A DNA stretch of 64,000 nucleotides from Alphaproteobacteria bacterium (lineage in GTDB: Bacteria; Pseudomonadota; Alphaproteobacteria; UBA828). Position 1 is the stretch's first letter, and the number at the start of each line of letters is the position of its first letter. The notes under the pieces were generated by a model that made no database searches, had not been told where the DNA came from, and saw nothing but the letters and a program-made list of their open reading frames with translations. The stretch spans positions 256,001-320,000 of the forward strand of contig CBDCRW010000007.1 of the NCBI GenBank assembly GCA_965221125.1. The letters are read 5' to 3'. This document shows, one piece after another, positions 50,845 through 59,692 of this stretch. A program made the position numbers and the translations under genes.

Positions 50845-51969
50845 TTATCCCTCCAGTGCGGCGCCGACGATGTCGGCCGCCTCGCGCACCAGGGTGTCGG
50901 ACAGATGGGTGTATTTCAGCGTCGTCGCCGGATTGCGGTGCCCGAGGAGACGGCCGATGGTCAGCACAGTCTCGCCCTGCGCGAGTGCCATGCTGGCGTA
51001 CGTGTGCCGGCAATCGTGAAGGCGGACGTCGGACAGACCGGCTTCCGCTCTGACGCGGTGCCAGAATTTGCCGAGCGTCACCGCGTGCACGAAGCCGTCC
51101 GTCCGCGGCGAGGGGAAGATCCAGGTTGCCGTGCGAGGTAGTCCGTCGAGGATCGCGCGCGCGGGGGACGAGAGCCAGACCGCGCGCGGCCCGACCTTGC
51201 TATCGCGCAGGAACAGCTTGCCCTCGCGGTAGTCGCGCCATTTGAGCGAGACGATCTCTCCCTTGCGGCATCCGGTGAGCAGGAGCAGCCGTACGATCGC
51301 CACGGCCTGCGGATTATTGGCCTCGTGGCGCGTCAGCACTTCGCCCAGCCGGCGCATCTCCGCCACCGACAGGAAGCGCTCCCGGCCCTGGCGGCGGTAG
51401 CGCTTGATGCCGGCGCACGGGTTGGTGCCCTCGGGCCGATAGCCGTAGACCTCGGCCTGGGTCATGATGACCGAGAGGACCGGAGCCGAGCGGTCGGCCG
51501 CCACCGGGGTCTCATGGAGAGAGGTGAACCATTGCCGGACGTCGCTCGCGGCGATGTCTGCGATGGGGCGCCCCTCGAACCAGGGCAGGATCTGGTTCTT
51601 GTAGTAGCCCCGGTTGACGTAGAGCGTCGAGGGCTTCCAGTTCCGGGCGTAGCGGCGGAAGACTTCTTCTGCGACCGTCTCGAAGGCGACGTCCGCGGGT
51701 GCTGCGGTCTCGTCGCCGTTACCGTTGCGGATCGCGGCCAGCAGGGTCCTGGCCCGGCTGCGGGCTTCGTCCAGGTCGATGGCCCCGGCCTGGCCGACGA
51801 TCTTCCAGAACCGCCGCCCGTTGTGCTGGCTGTGGATGAAGTAGCGTCTGGCGCCCGAGGTCAGGACCCTTACGCCGAAGCCCTTGAGTTCCCGGTCGCG
51901 CACGTCGTAAGCGGACTTGCGGGGCTTGAGCGCATCGATCCGGCGCTCGCTGAGGCGAACCATCGCCAT
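50845..51969 (-). CDS. Tyrosine integrase A (arm-binding N-domain)
   Basis: GFGVRVLTSG, TGCRKGE, DSKVG, LHDCRH, LLGH...TLKY. Confidence 0.92.
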   Translation of the reverse strand: MAMVRLSERRIDALKPRKSAYDVRDRELKGFGVRVLTSGARRYFIHSQHNGRRFWKIVGQAGAIDLDEARSRARTLLAAIRNGNGDETAAPADVAFETVAEEVFRRYARNWKPSTLYVNRGYYKNQILPWFEGRPIADIAASDVRQWFTSLHETPVAADRSAPVLSVIMTQAEVYGYRPEGTNPCAGIKRYRRQGRERFLSVAEMRRLGEVLTRHEANNPQAVAIVRLLLLTGCRKGEIVSLKWRDYREGKLFLRDSKVGPRAVWLSSPARAILDGLPRTATWIFPSPRTDGFVHAVTLGKFWHRVRAEAGLSDVRLHDCRHTYASMALAQGETVLTIGRLLGHRNPATTLKYTHLSDTLVREAADIVGAALEG

Positions 51970-52084
51970 TGACATTCCTCCTGCGTTCCGTTGCAGCCGG
52001 GGCGAAATCGGGGATCGATTCCGTGTCCTCCGGCAAGATCAGGAGGAAAAAAAGCAACTCTATGTCAGCATGTTAGAACCGTAG

Positions 52085-54097
52085 GTGCGCCGTCTGGTGT
52101 GGGAGCCGCTGGAGATCGGCTCCACCCGCGTGAAGAACCGGATCATGATGACCGCCCAGACCACGCTCTTCGGCAGGGACAACGTCCTCGGCGACCGCCA
52201 CATCGAGTTCTTCCGGGAGCGCGCGAAGGGCGGTGCCGCGCTCTTCATCACCGAGCAGCAGGCCGGCCACCGCATCAGCAAGGGCTCGTTCTTCGAAGGC
52301 TGCTCGGCGTGGGAGAAGAGCGCCATTCCCCAGTACGCCAAGCTCGCCGACGCGGTGCACGCGCACGGCGCGCGGCAGTTCGTCCAGCTCTTCGGCTGCG
52401 GCGTGCACGACAAGGGCACCATGATCATGGACGAGTGGCACCCGCTCTGGGGCGTCTCCAAGATGCCCTCGATCGTGCACCACGAGATGCCGATGGTCAT
52501 GGAGCAAGAGCACGTCGACGACGTGGTCAAGGGCTTCGCGGAGTCGGCGCTCAACGTGAAGGTTGCGGGCTGCGACGGGGTGGAACTGCACGCGGCGCAC
52601 AGCTACCTGCTCGGCCAGTTCCTGAGCCCCGCCTTCAACGACCGCACGGACCGTTACGGCGGCTCGGTCCGCAACCGCTGCCAAGTCCTGCTCGAGATCG
52701 GCGAAGCGATCCGCGCGCAGGTGGGCGACGACTTCACCGTCGGCGTCCGCATCTCCTTCGACGAGTTCATGGGCGACGCCGGGATCACGCCGGACCAGTC
52801 CGAGGAGCAGCTCGAGGTGCTCTCCACCAGCGGCCTCTTCGACTTCTTCAACATCTCGGGCGGCGGCTACTACACGCTGCACCGGGCCGTCTCGCCCATG
52901 AACGTCGAGAACGGCTTCATGCTGCCCTTCGCGAGGCGCGCCAAGGCGGTGGTGGGCAACCGCGCCAAGGTCTTCGCCGTTGGGCGGATCATCGACCTGC
53001 AGCAGGCGGAGCGTGCGCTCGCCTCGGGCGATACCGACATGGTCGCGATGACCCGCGCGCAGATGGCCGAGCCGCACCTCATCAAGAAGACCCGCGAGGG
53101 GCGGCAGAAGGAGATCCGCCGCTGCATGGGCGCGAACGAGTGCGTCGCTCGCCTCTTCGACAACCGGCAGGTGACGTGCGCGGTCAACCCGAGTGTCGGC
53201 CGCGAGGCGCGCTGGGGCAGCGAGACGCTGAAACGCGTGGCGCCCGAGGACGAGAAATCCATCATCGTCGTCGGCGGCGGCATCGCCGGTATGAAGACGG
53301 CCGCCGTCGCGGGCAGCCGCGGCCATCGGGTCGTGCTGCTGGAGCGCGAGGAGCGGCTCGGCGGCCACGTCAACCTGCTGATGGCGCTGCCCACGCGCAA
53401 GGAGTGGTCCACCGCCATTGACAACCTCGCCCGCGCCATGGAGGTCGCCGGCGTGGACGTGCGGCTCGGCGCAGAAGCGACGCCCGATACGATCGAGCGC
53501 GAGACGCCCGATGCCGTGGTCGTCGCCACCGGCGCGCGCTGGGACTGCAACGGCCGCAGCCAGTTCCGCCCTGGCAGCCCGCGCCTCCCCGGCACGGAGC
53601 AGGAGAACGTGATCGACGTCGGCACTGCCACGGAGCGGGCGCTCGCGGATGCGGGCGCGCTCGGGCAGCGGGTCGTGATCCTGGAGGAGACCGGCTTCTA
53701 CCTGCCTCTGGGCCTCGCCGAGATCCTGGCGGCAGGCGGTGCAGACGTGGAGATCGCGACGCCCCGCGCCATGGTGGGCGAGGATGCGATGCGCACCCTC
53801 GACCTCTCGTACGTGATGCCGCGGCTGGAGGAAGCCGGCGTGCGCTGCAGCGGGCACATGAACGCAGAGAAGATCGAGGGCAGTACGGTCCACCTCCGCT
53901 CGGTCTGGGGCACGCAGACGCGCGTCATCGAGGGCGTGAACACCGTTGTCATCTCGATGCTGCGCTCGCCCGACGACGCGCTCTACCGGGCGCTGGAAGG
54001 GCGCGTCGCGGAGCTGCACCGGGTCGGCGACGTGGTGGCCCCCCGCCGCCCGATCCAGTCCATGTACGAGGGCGAGGAGCTCGGCCGCGCGCTCTGA
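52085..54097 (+). CDS. NADH:flavin oxidoreductase (OYE/TMADH-FadH-like), native 5' end displaced
   Basis: KNRIMM, ERAKGG, ELHAAHSYLLGQFLSP, RTDRYGGS, CMGANEC, VVGGGIAG. Confidence 0.9.
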   Translation: MRRLVWEPLEIGSTRVKNRIMMTAQTTLFGRDNVLGDRHIEFFRERAKGGAALFITEQQAGHRISKGSFFEGCSAWEKSAIPQYAKLADAVHAHGARQFVQLFGCGVHDKGTMIMDEWHPLWGVSKMPSIVHHEMPMVMEQEHVDDVVKGFAESALNVKVAGCDGVELHAAHSYLLGQFLSPAFNDRTDRYGGSVRNRCQVLLEIGEAIRAQVGDDFTVGVRISFDEFMGDAGITPDQSEEQLEVLSTSGLFDFFNISGGGYYTLHRAVSPMNVENGFMLPFARRAKAVVGNRAKVFAVGRIIDLQQAERALASGDTDMVAMTRAQMAEPHLIKKTREGRQKEIRRCMGANECVARLFDNRQVTCAVNPSVGREARWGSETLKRVAPEDEKSIIVVGGGIAGMKTAAVAGSRGHRVVLLEREERLGGHVNLLMALPTRKEWSTAIDNLARAMEVAGVDVRLGAEATPDTIERETPDAVVVATGARWDCNGRSQFRPGSPRLPGTEQENVIDVGTATERALADAGALGQRVVILEETGFYLPLGLAEILAAGGADVEIATPRAMVGEDAMRTLDLSYVMPRLEEAGVRCSGHMNAEKIEGSTVHLRSVWGTQTRVIEGVNTVVISMLRSPDDALYRALEGRVAELHRVGDVVAPRRPIQSMYEGEELGRAL

Positions 54098-54186
54098 ATT
54101 GTCGGAGGCGGGAGCCGTCCGTTTTGCGCTTGCGCGCGCCTGTCGGCGCTATTGATTCCGCGCGCCTGTCGGCGCGACCGGCCGGC

Positions 54187-55719
54187 CTACTCCGCCGCGC
54201 GCTGGCTGAGCCGCGACTGCAGCGCGGCGCAGAGGGTGCGCAGCACTTCGAGGCGGGCATGGCGCTTGTTGTTGCCGGGCACCAGGGTCCACGGCGCGTC
54301 CGCCGTGCTGGTGCCCGCGATCATGTCGTTGGCCGCATCCTCGTAGGCGTCCCACTTCGCGCGGTTGCGCCAGTCCTCCTCGGTGAGCTTCCAGCTCTTG
54401 TAGGGGTTCTCCTTGCGGGCGAGGAAGCGCCGCTCCTGCTCGTCCTTGTCGATGTGCAGCCAGAACTTCATCAGCAGCGTGCCGTGGCTGATGATCTGCT
54501 CCTCGAAGTCGCGGATCTCGGCGTAGGCGCGCCGCCATTCCGCCTCGGTCGCGAAGGATTCGACGCGCTCGACCAGGAGGCGGCCGTACCAGCTACGGTC
54601 GAAGACCGCGACTTGCCCGTCCTCGGGCAGCCTGCGCCAGAAGCGCCAGAGGTAGTGATGGGCGCGCTCCTCGTCGCTCGGCGCGCTCACCTGGTGCACG
54701 CGGTAGCTGCGCGCATCCAGCGCCGAGACCATGCGCCGGATGGCGCCGCCCTTGCCGCCCGCATCCCACCCTTCGAAGACCAGCACCACCGAGAGCCCGT
54801 GCAGGAGGTTCTGCGCGGCGAGCCAGTAGAGATCGGCCCTGAGCCGCGCCATCGACTTGTCGTAGGCCTTGCGGCCCACGGCCTTGCTCTGGTCGATGGT
54901 GGTGAGCGGCTTGACCTGCCGCACCGTGGCGCCCACCACGGCCGGGCTCGCGACCGGCGGCCGGGCGCGGAAGCCTGCGTCCGGCGGGGGCAGGCCGGCG
55001 AGGCGGGCGTCCAACGCGCGCCGCACCATCCCCAGCACGGTGATCGAGCGGTAGCGCGCATGGCGGCCGTCGACCACGAGCCACGGCGCCTCGGCCGTGC
55101 TCGTGCTGGTGATGATGTGCTCGGCGGCATCGTTGAACTGGTCGTAGCGGTGCCAGTTGCGCCAGTCCCACTGCGAGATGCGCCAGTGGTCGCGCGGGTG
55201 CTTCTGCAGCGCCTCCAGCCGCTTCTGCTGCGCCTCGCGGTCGAGGTGCATCCAGAACTTGAGGATCAGCGCGCCGTCGTCGGCGAGCGTTCGCTCGAAC
55301 GCCGCGATGCGCGAGAGCCGGCGGTCGAGCGCGCTCGGCCCGATGCGCCCGTAGGCGCGGTCGAGCAGGGGCGCGGAATACCAGGCGCTGAGGAAGAGCC
55401 CGAAGCGCCCCTGCGCCGGCAGGTCGCGCCAGTAGCGCCAGAACTCCGGCCGCTGGCCTTCCTCCTCCGTGAGCCGGTCGTAGGCGTGGGTGACGATGCG
55501 GCGCGGATCGAGCCATTCCGTGAGCAGGTTGACCGTCTCGCCCTTGCCCCCGCCGTCGACGCCGGCGAACAGCACGATGACCGGAAAATCCGCTTCCGCG
55601 AGCGCGCGCTGCGCCTCCACCAGCGCGACCCGGAGCGCGGCCGCCTCTTCCTCGAACGCGGACTTGGAAATCTCGCGCGCCCGTTCGCGCTCCACTTCTT
55701 CGAATACCCGAGCGCTCAT
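54187..55719 (-). CDS. pap: Polyphosphate:AMP phosphotransferase (two-domain PPK2)
   Basis: GVDGGGKG and EGWDAGGKGG P-loops; FDRSWYGR. Confidence 0.9.
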   Translation of the reverse strand: MSARVFEEVERERAREISKSAFEEEAAALRVALVEAQRALAEADFPVIVLFAGVDGGGKGETVNLLTEWLDPRRIVTHAYDRLTEEEGQRPEFWRYWRDLPAQGRFGLFLSAWYSAPLLDRAYGRIGPSALDRRLSRIAAFERTLADDGALILKFWMHLDREAQQKRLEALQKHPRDHWRISQWDWRNWHRYDQFNDAAEHIITSTSTAEAPWLVVDGRHARYRSITVLGMVRRALDARLAGLPPPDAGFRARPPVASPAVVGATVRQVKPLTTIDQSKAVGRKAYDKSMARLRADLYWLAAQNLLHGLSVVLVFEGWDAGGKGGAIRRMVSALDARSYRVHQVSAPSDEERAHHYLWRFWRRLPEDGQVAVFDRSWYGRLLVERVESFATEAEWRRAYAEIRDFEEQIISHGTLLMKFWLHIDKDEQERRFLARKENPYKSWKLTEEDWRNRAKWDAYEDAANDMIAGTSTADAPWTLVPGNNKRHARLEVLRTLCAALQSRLSQRAAE

Positions 55720-55928
55720 CTCCCTCCCCGTGGAGGGCCGTCCTCGCTCGATCACGGGGACGCACACCCTCCCATGCGGCAGGCGGCCTCTCCGGGCTCG
55801 TCCTACACGCTCCGGTTATAACGGTATTACGGTGCTGCGAAGATTACGACAGGGATTTCGGACGGGTTCGTTTCGTGCCCGGCCCTCCTGGAGAGGAACC
55901 GGCCGAGCGCCGGGCCTGAGCGATACGC

Positions 55929-56375
55929 CTACTGCTCGGGCTGCTCGACCGTGCTCTTCCTGAGCGTGATGACGTTGCGGTCGTCGCTCCGCTCGTAAGT
56001 CATCTCGTCCATCATCTGCTGCACGAGAAAGAGCCCGAGCCCGCCGAGCGCGCGCTCTTCGATCGTCGCATCGAAATCGGGCGCCCGTTCCGTCGAGGAG
56101 TCGAAGGGCCGGCCGTCGTCCACGATCGTCACCACGAGCGATTCGCCCTCGACGCGGAACGTGAGGTCGATCCGATGCTCCGCGTCGTCGTCGTAGCCGT
56201 AGCTGATGGTGTTGGTCAGGATCTCGTCGATCGAGAGATTGACCGCGTAGGCGACCGGCGCGGCAATCCCCTGCGCTTCGCAGAACGCATCGACCTTCTC
56301 GGCTGCGGCACCGATCTCTCGCAGGTCGTTGATCAGCGACAGCTCCAGGATGCCGTCGGTATCGCCAGTGCTCAT
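55929..56375 (-). CDS. RsbW-like anti-sigma factor / HATPase
   Basis: DEILTNTISYGY, DDGRPFD, GGLGLFLV..MMD. Confidence 0.88.
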   Translation of the reverse strand: MSTGDTDGILELSLINDLREIGAAAEKVDAFCEAQGIAAPVAYAVNLSIDEILTNTISYGYDDDAEHRIDLTFRVEGESLVVTIVDDGRPFDSSTERAPDFDATIEERALGGLGLFLVQQMMDEMTYERSDDRNVITLRKSTVEQPEQ

Positions 56376-56582
56376 CGGCCAAACGCGTCGCGGTGCCCGC
56401 AGGGCTTCGTCTCGACCTGCATCGCGCTCACCTTTACGCCCATTCGGCGGAAACCGCCACGCGGATTCGTGCGGCTGCTGCCGCCGTCACTTGATCGAAC
56501 CCGCCCTCGCGTCGCACACTTGCGGCTGAGCGAACGGGCCGAGCGCGCATTCGCGCGGTCGCAAACGGGGAGGAACGCCTGA

Positions 56583-57929
56583 ATGTCCAACGACGCCGAA
56601 GCTGCGCTGCTCGATCGAGACCGCGCACACCTGCTCCATCCGCTGCACAGCCAGGCCACCCATTCCACGGGCAAGGTCTGGGTCGGAGGCGAGGGGGCCT
56701 TCCTCGTCGATGCGAACGGGGACCAGTACATCGACGGCCTCTCCGGCCTCTGGAACAACACCGCCGGCAACGGCTGCCGCGATCTGATCGAGGCAGGGAG
56801 CAAGCAGCTCGCCGAGATGGCCTATGCGTCAGGCTACGCGGGCAGCTCCAACCCGCGGGCGATCGAGCTTGCGGAGAAGCTGGCCCGCATCACCTACTCC
56901 AACATCAACCACTTCTACTTCACCTCGGGCGGCGGCGAGGCGACCGACAGCAACATCAAGATGGCCCGCTACTACTGGAAGCTGAAGGGCCAGCCTGAGA
57001 AGACCAAGGTCATCTCCCGCATCTGGGGCTATCACGGCGTCACGCTGGCCGCGATGTGCGCGACCGGCATGAGCATCTACTGGCCGATGTTCGAGCCACG
57101 CATGCCGGGCTTCGTCCACATCCCGAGCCCCTATCCCTACCGCTACGAGGCGCCGGAGGGCGCGGAGAGCCAGGGCATCGCCGCGGCGGACGAGCTGGAG
57201 AAGGCGATCCTCGCCGAGGGGCCGGAGACGGTCGCCATGTTCATCGCCGAGCCGGTGCAGGGCGGCGGCGGCGTGATCCCGCCCCAGCCCGACTACTTCC
57301 CGCGCATCCGCGAGATCTGCACCAAGTACGACGTGCTGATGGTTGCGGACGAGGTCATCACCGGCTTCGGGCGCACCGGCACGATGTTCGGCCTGCAGCA
57401 CTGGGGCGTCGAGCCCGACATGATCCAGTTCGCCAAGGCCATCACCTCCGGCTACTTCTCCCTCGGCGGCATCGGGATCAGCGACGAGATCGCCAACACC
57501 ATGCACGAGAGCGGCAAGCCCTGGATGCACGCCTATACCTACAGCGCGCACCCCACCGGCTGCGCCATCGGCTGCGCCATGATCGACCTGATCGAGCGGG
57601 AGGATTTCCCCGGCCAGGCGGCGGCCAAGGGCAAGCGCCTGCTGGTCGGCCTCAAGGACGCGCTCGCCGACCACCCGAACGTCGGCGACATCCGCGGGCT
57701 CGGGCTCATGTGCGCGGTCGAGTACGTGAAGGACCGCGAGACCAAGGAGAGCTTCGATCCCGCCGACGGCGTCGCCGCCAGGATCAACGCCGAGGCGGTC
57801 TCGCGCGGGCTCTTCAGCCGCTTCCGGCCGGACGTCTACATGGTCGCGCCGCCGATCGTCATCGACGACGAGACCATCGACCGGATGGTGGAGATCACCG
57901 CCGAGTCGACCCGCGTCGTCCTCGGCTGA
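56583..57929 (+). CDS. Class III omega-aminotransferase
   Basis: IDGLSGLWN, GYHG, AEPVQGGGG, DEVITGFGRTG, AKAITSGY. Confidence 0.9.
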   Translation: MSNDAEAALLDRDRAHLLHPLHSQATHSTGKVWVGGEGAFLVDANGDQYIDGLSGLWNNTAGNGCRDLIEAGSKQLAEMAYASGYAGSSNPRAIELAEKLARITYSNINHFYFTSGGGEATDSNIKMARYYWKLKGQPEKTKVISRIWGYHGVTLAAMCATGMSIYWPMFEPRMPGFVHIPSPYPYRYEAPEGAESQGIAAADELEKAILAEGPETVAMFIAEPVQGGGGVIPPQPDYFPRIREICTKYDVLMVADEVITGFGRTGTMFGLQHWGVEPDMIQFAKAITSGYFSLGGIGISDEIANTMHESGKPWMHAYTYSAHPTGCAIGCAMIDLIEREDFPGQAAAKGKRLLVGLKDALADHPNVGDIRGLGLMCAVEYVKDRETKESFDPADGVAARINAEAVSRGLFSRFRPDVYMVAPPIVIDDETIDRMVEITAESTRVVLG

Positions 57930-57945
57930 GAGCGGCGGGCAGGCC

Positions 57946-59277
57946 GTGGCGGGGTCGGACCGCCCCGACTCGCGACCAGCCATCGACTGGGAGGCGCCCG
58001 CGTTCCTGGACGCGGGCGCGCTGGATGGCGAGCTGCGCCGCGTCGCCGGCGTCTGCCACACCTGCCGCCGCTGCGAGGATCTCTGCGAGAGCTTCCCCCG
58101 CCTCTTCGACCTGATCGACGGCGGAGGCGGGGTCGACACGCTGCCGAGCGACGCGTTCGAGAGCGTGGGCGCGGCGTGTACGCTCTGCGACATGTGCTAC
58201 CCGGTCTGCCCCTACACGCCGCCGCACGTCCACGCGGTGGATTTTCCCGCCCTGATGATGCGCCAGCGGGCGCACGCCTTGCGCGACGGCAAGGTCGGCG
58301 CGGCCGAGCGGGCGCTGGGCGAGACCGACCGCAACGGCCGGCTGCTGGGCGCCATCGCCCCGCTCGCCAACTGGGCGGCGCAGCGCGGCAACGGACTCAC
58401 CAGGCCGCTCATGGAGGCGGTCGCCGGCATTCACCGCGACGCGGCGCTGCCCCGCTTCCATGTCCGCACCTTCGGCCGGCAGGCCGCCGAGAGCCCGCCT
58501 CCGGTCGATGCCGGAGCGCCGGCTGCGGGGCGCAAGGCGGTGCTCTATTCCACCTGCTTCGTCGAGTACAACAATCCGGGGATCGGCCGCGCCGCGCGGG
58601 CTGTGCTCGCGAAGAACGGGGTCGAGACCGAGGTCGTCTACGACGAATGCTGCGGGATGCCGCAGTTGGAGCGGGGCGACATCGCCGAGGTCTGCCGCCG
58701 CGCCCGTAGCGTCGCCGCCTCGCTCGGCGTCTGGATCGAGCGCGGCTATGACGTGATCGCTCCCATCCCCTCCTGCGCCCTGATGATGAAGACGCTCTGG
58801 CCGCTCCACCTGCCCGACGACGAGGCAGTGGCGTGCCTCGCCCGGCACACGAAGGACGTTTCCGAGTACGTCATCGACATCGCCCGGAGCGAGGGCCTGG
58901 CCCACGGCATGGCCCCGCTCGACGGCGACGTGGCCCTGCACCAGGCGTGCCACGCGCGAGCGCAGGACATCGGCGCCAAGGCTGCGGTCATGCTGCGCAT
59001 GATCCCGGAGTGCAACGTGCTGGTGATGCAGCGCTGCGCCGGCCACGGCGGCACCTGGGGCGTGATGAAGCGCAACTTCGAGACCGGCATGAAGGTGGGC
59101 GAGCCGGTCATCCGCCAGGCGGCTGAGAGCGGGCGCGCCTTCATCGCCTCCGAGTGTCCGCTCGCCGGCGATCACATCGTGCAAGGGATGGAGCGGCACG
59201 GCACGGGCCGTGCTGCGCCGGCGCGCGCTCACCACCCCATCGAGCTGATGGCGATGAGCTATGGCATCGACGCCTGA
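57946..59277 (+). CDS. GlpC/Hdr-related Fe-S oxidoreductase
   Basis: CHTCRRCEDLC, CTLCDMCYPVCP, CCGMP, CHARAQ, CAGHGG. Confidence 0.85.
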   Translation: MAGSDRPDSRPAIDWEAPAFLDAGALDGELRRVAGVCHTCRRCEDLCESFPRLFDLIDGGGGVDTLPSDAFESVGAACTLCDMCYPVCPYTPPHVHAVDFPALMMRQRAHALRDGKVGAAERALGETDRNGRLLGAIAPLANWAAQRGNGLTRPLMEAVAGIHRDAALPRFHVRTFGRQAAESPPPVDAGAPAAGRKAVLYSTCFVEYNNPGIGRAARAVLAKNGVETEVVYDECCGMPQLERGDIAEVCRRARSVAASLGVWIERGYDVIAPIPSCALMMKTLWPLHLPDDEAVACLARHTKDVSEYVIDIARSEGLAHGMAPLDGDVALHQACHARAQDIGAKAAVMLRMIPECNVLVMQRCAGHGGTWGVMKRNFETGMKVGEPVIRQAAESGRAFIASECPLAGDHIVQGMERHGTGRAAPARAHHPIELMAMSYGIDA

Positions 59278-59692
59278 CGCAACCCTCGACCCCCGTACGG
59301 CCGCGACGCTGACGGCGATGGCGCGCGTGCTCTATCCCCACGATTCCCTGGACGATGGCTTCTACCGCCGGGTGGTCGACATCGTGGCGGCGAGCGCGGA
59401 CGCCGCGCAGCGCGCGCTTCTGGCAGACGGCGCTGCGGCGCTGGACCAGGCTGGGGGCCGCGCCTTCGTCGATCTCGAAGAGAAGGAGAAGCTCGCCGCG
59501 CTCCAGGCGATCGAGGGCTCGCCCTTCTTCGAGGCCATGCGGGCGGCGACGGCCCGCTACCTCTACGACGACCGGGCGCTTTGGGCGCGCTTCGGCTACG
59601 AGGGCGCGTCCTCCCACCTCGGCGGCTACATCGAGCGCGGCGTCGACGACATCGACTGGATCACCGAGGCCGACGTGGAGGCGGGCCGATGA
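59261..59692 (+). CDS. Gluconate 2-dehydrogenase subunit-3-like partner
   Basis: YPHD, FGYEGASS..GGYI.RG; adjacent to GMC gene. Confidence 0.7.
   Translation: MASTPDATLDPRTAATLTAMARVLYPHDSLDDGFYRRVVDIVAASADAAQRALLADGAAALDQAGGRAFVDLEEKEKLAALQAIEGSPFFEAMRAATARYLYDDRALWARFGYEGASSHLGGYIERGVDDIDWITEADVEAGR

Larger units (their letters stand above)
13825..52101. mobile_element. ~38-kb genomic island / integrative mobilisable element
   Basis: CGCCTAGTGTG (13825-35) and CGTCTGGTGTG (52091-101) at the ends; integrases at right end; relaxase; split target gene; lower-GC cargo. Confidence 0.8.

Noticed and set aside
13825-52101. Prophage
   Set aside because: No capsid, terminase, portal or lysis genes; only one tail-collar-like domain.
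54133-54175. 17-bp direct repeat CGCGCGCCTGTCGGCGC between convergent genes
   Set aside because: Short, GC-rich, two copies only; no function can be supported.
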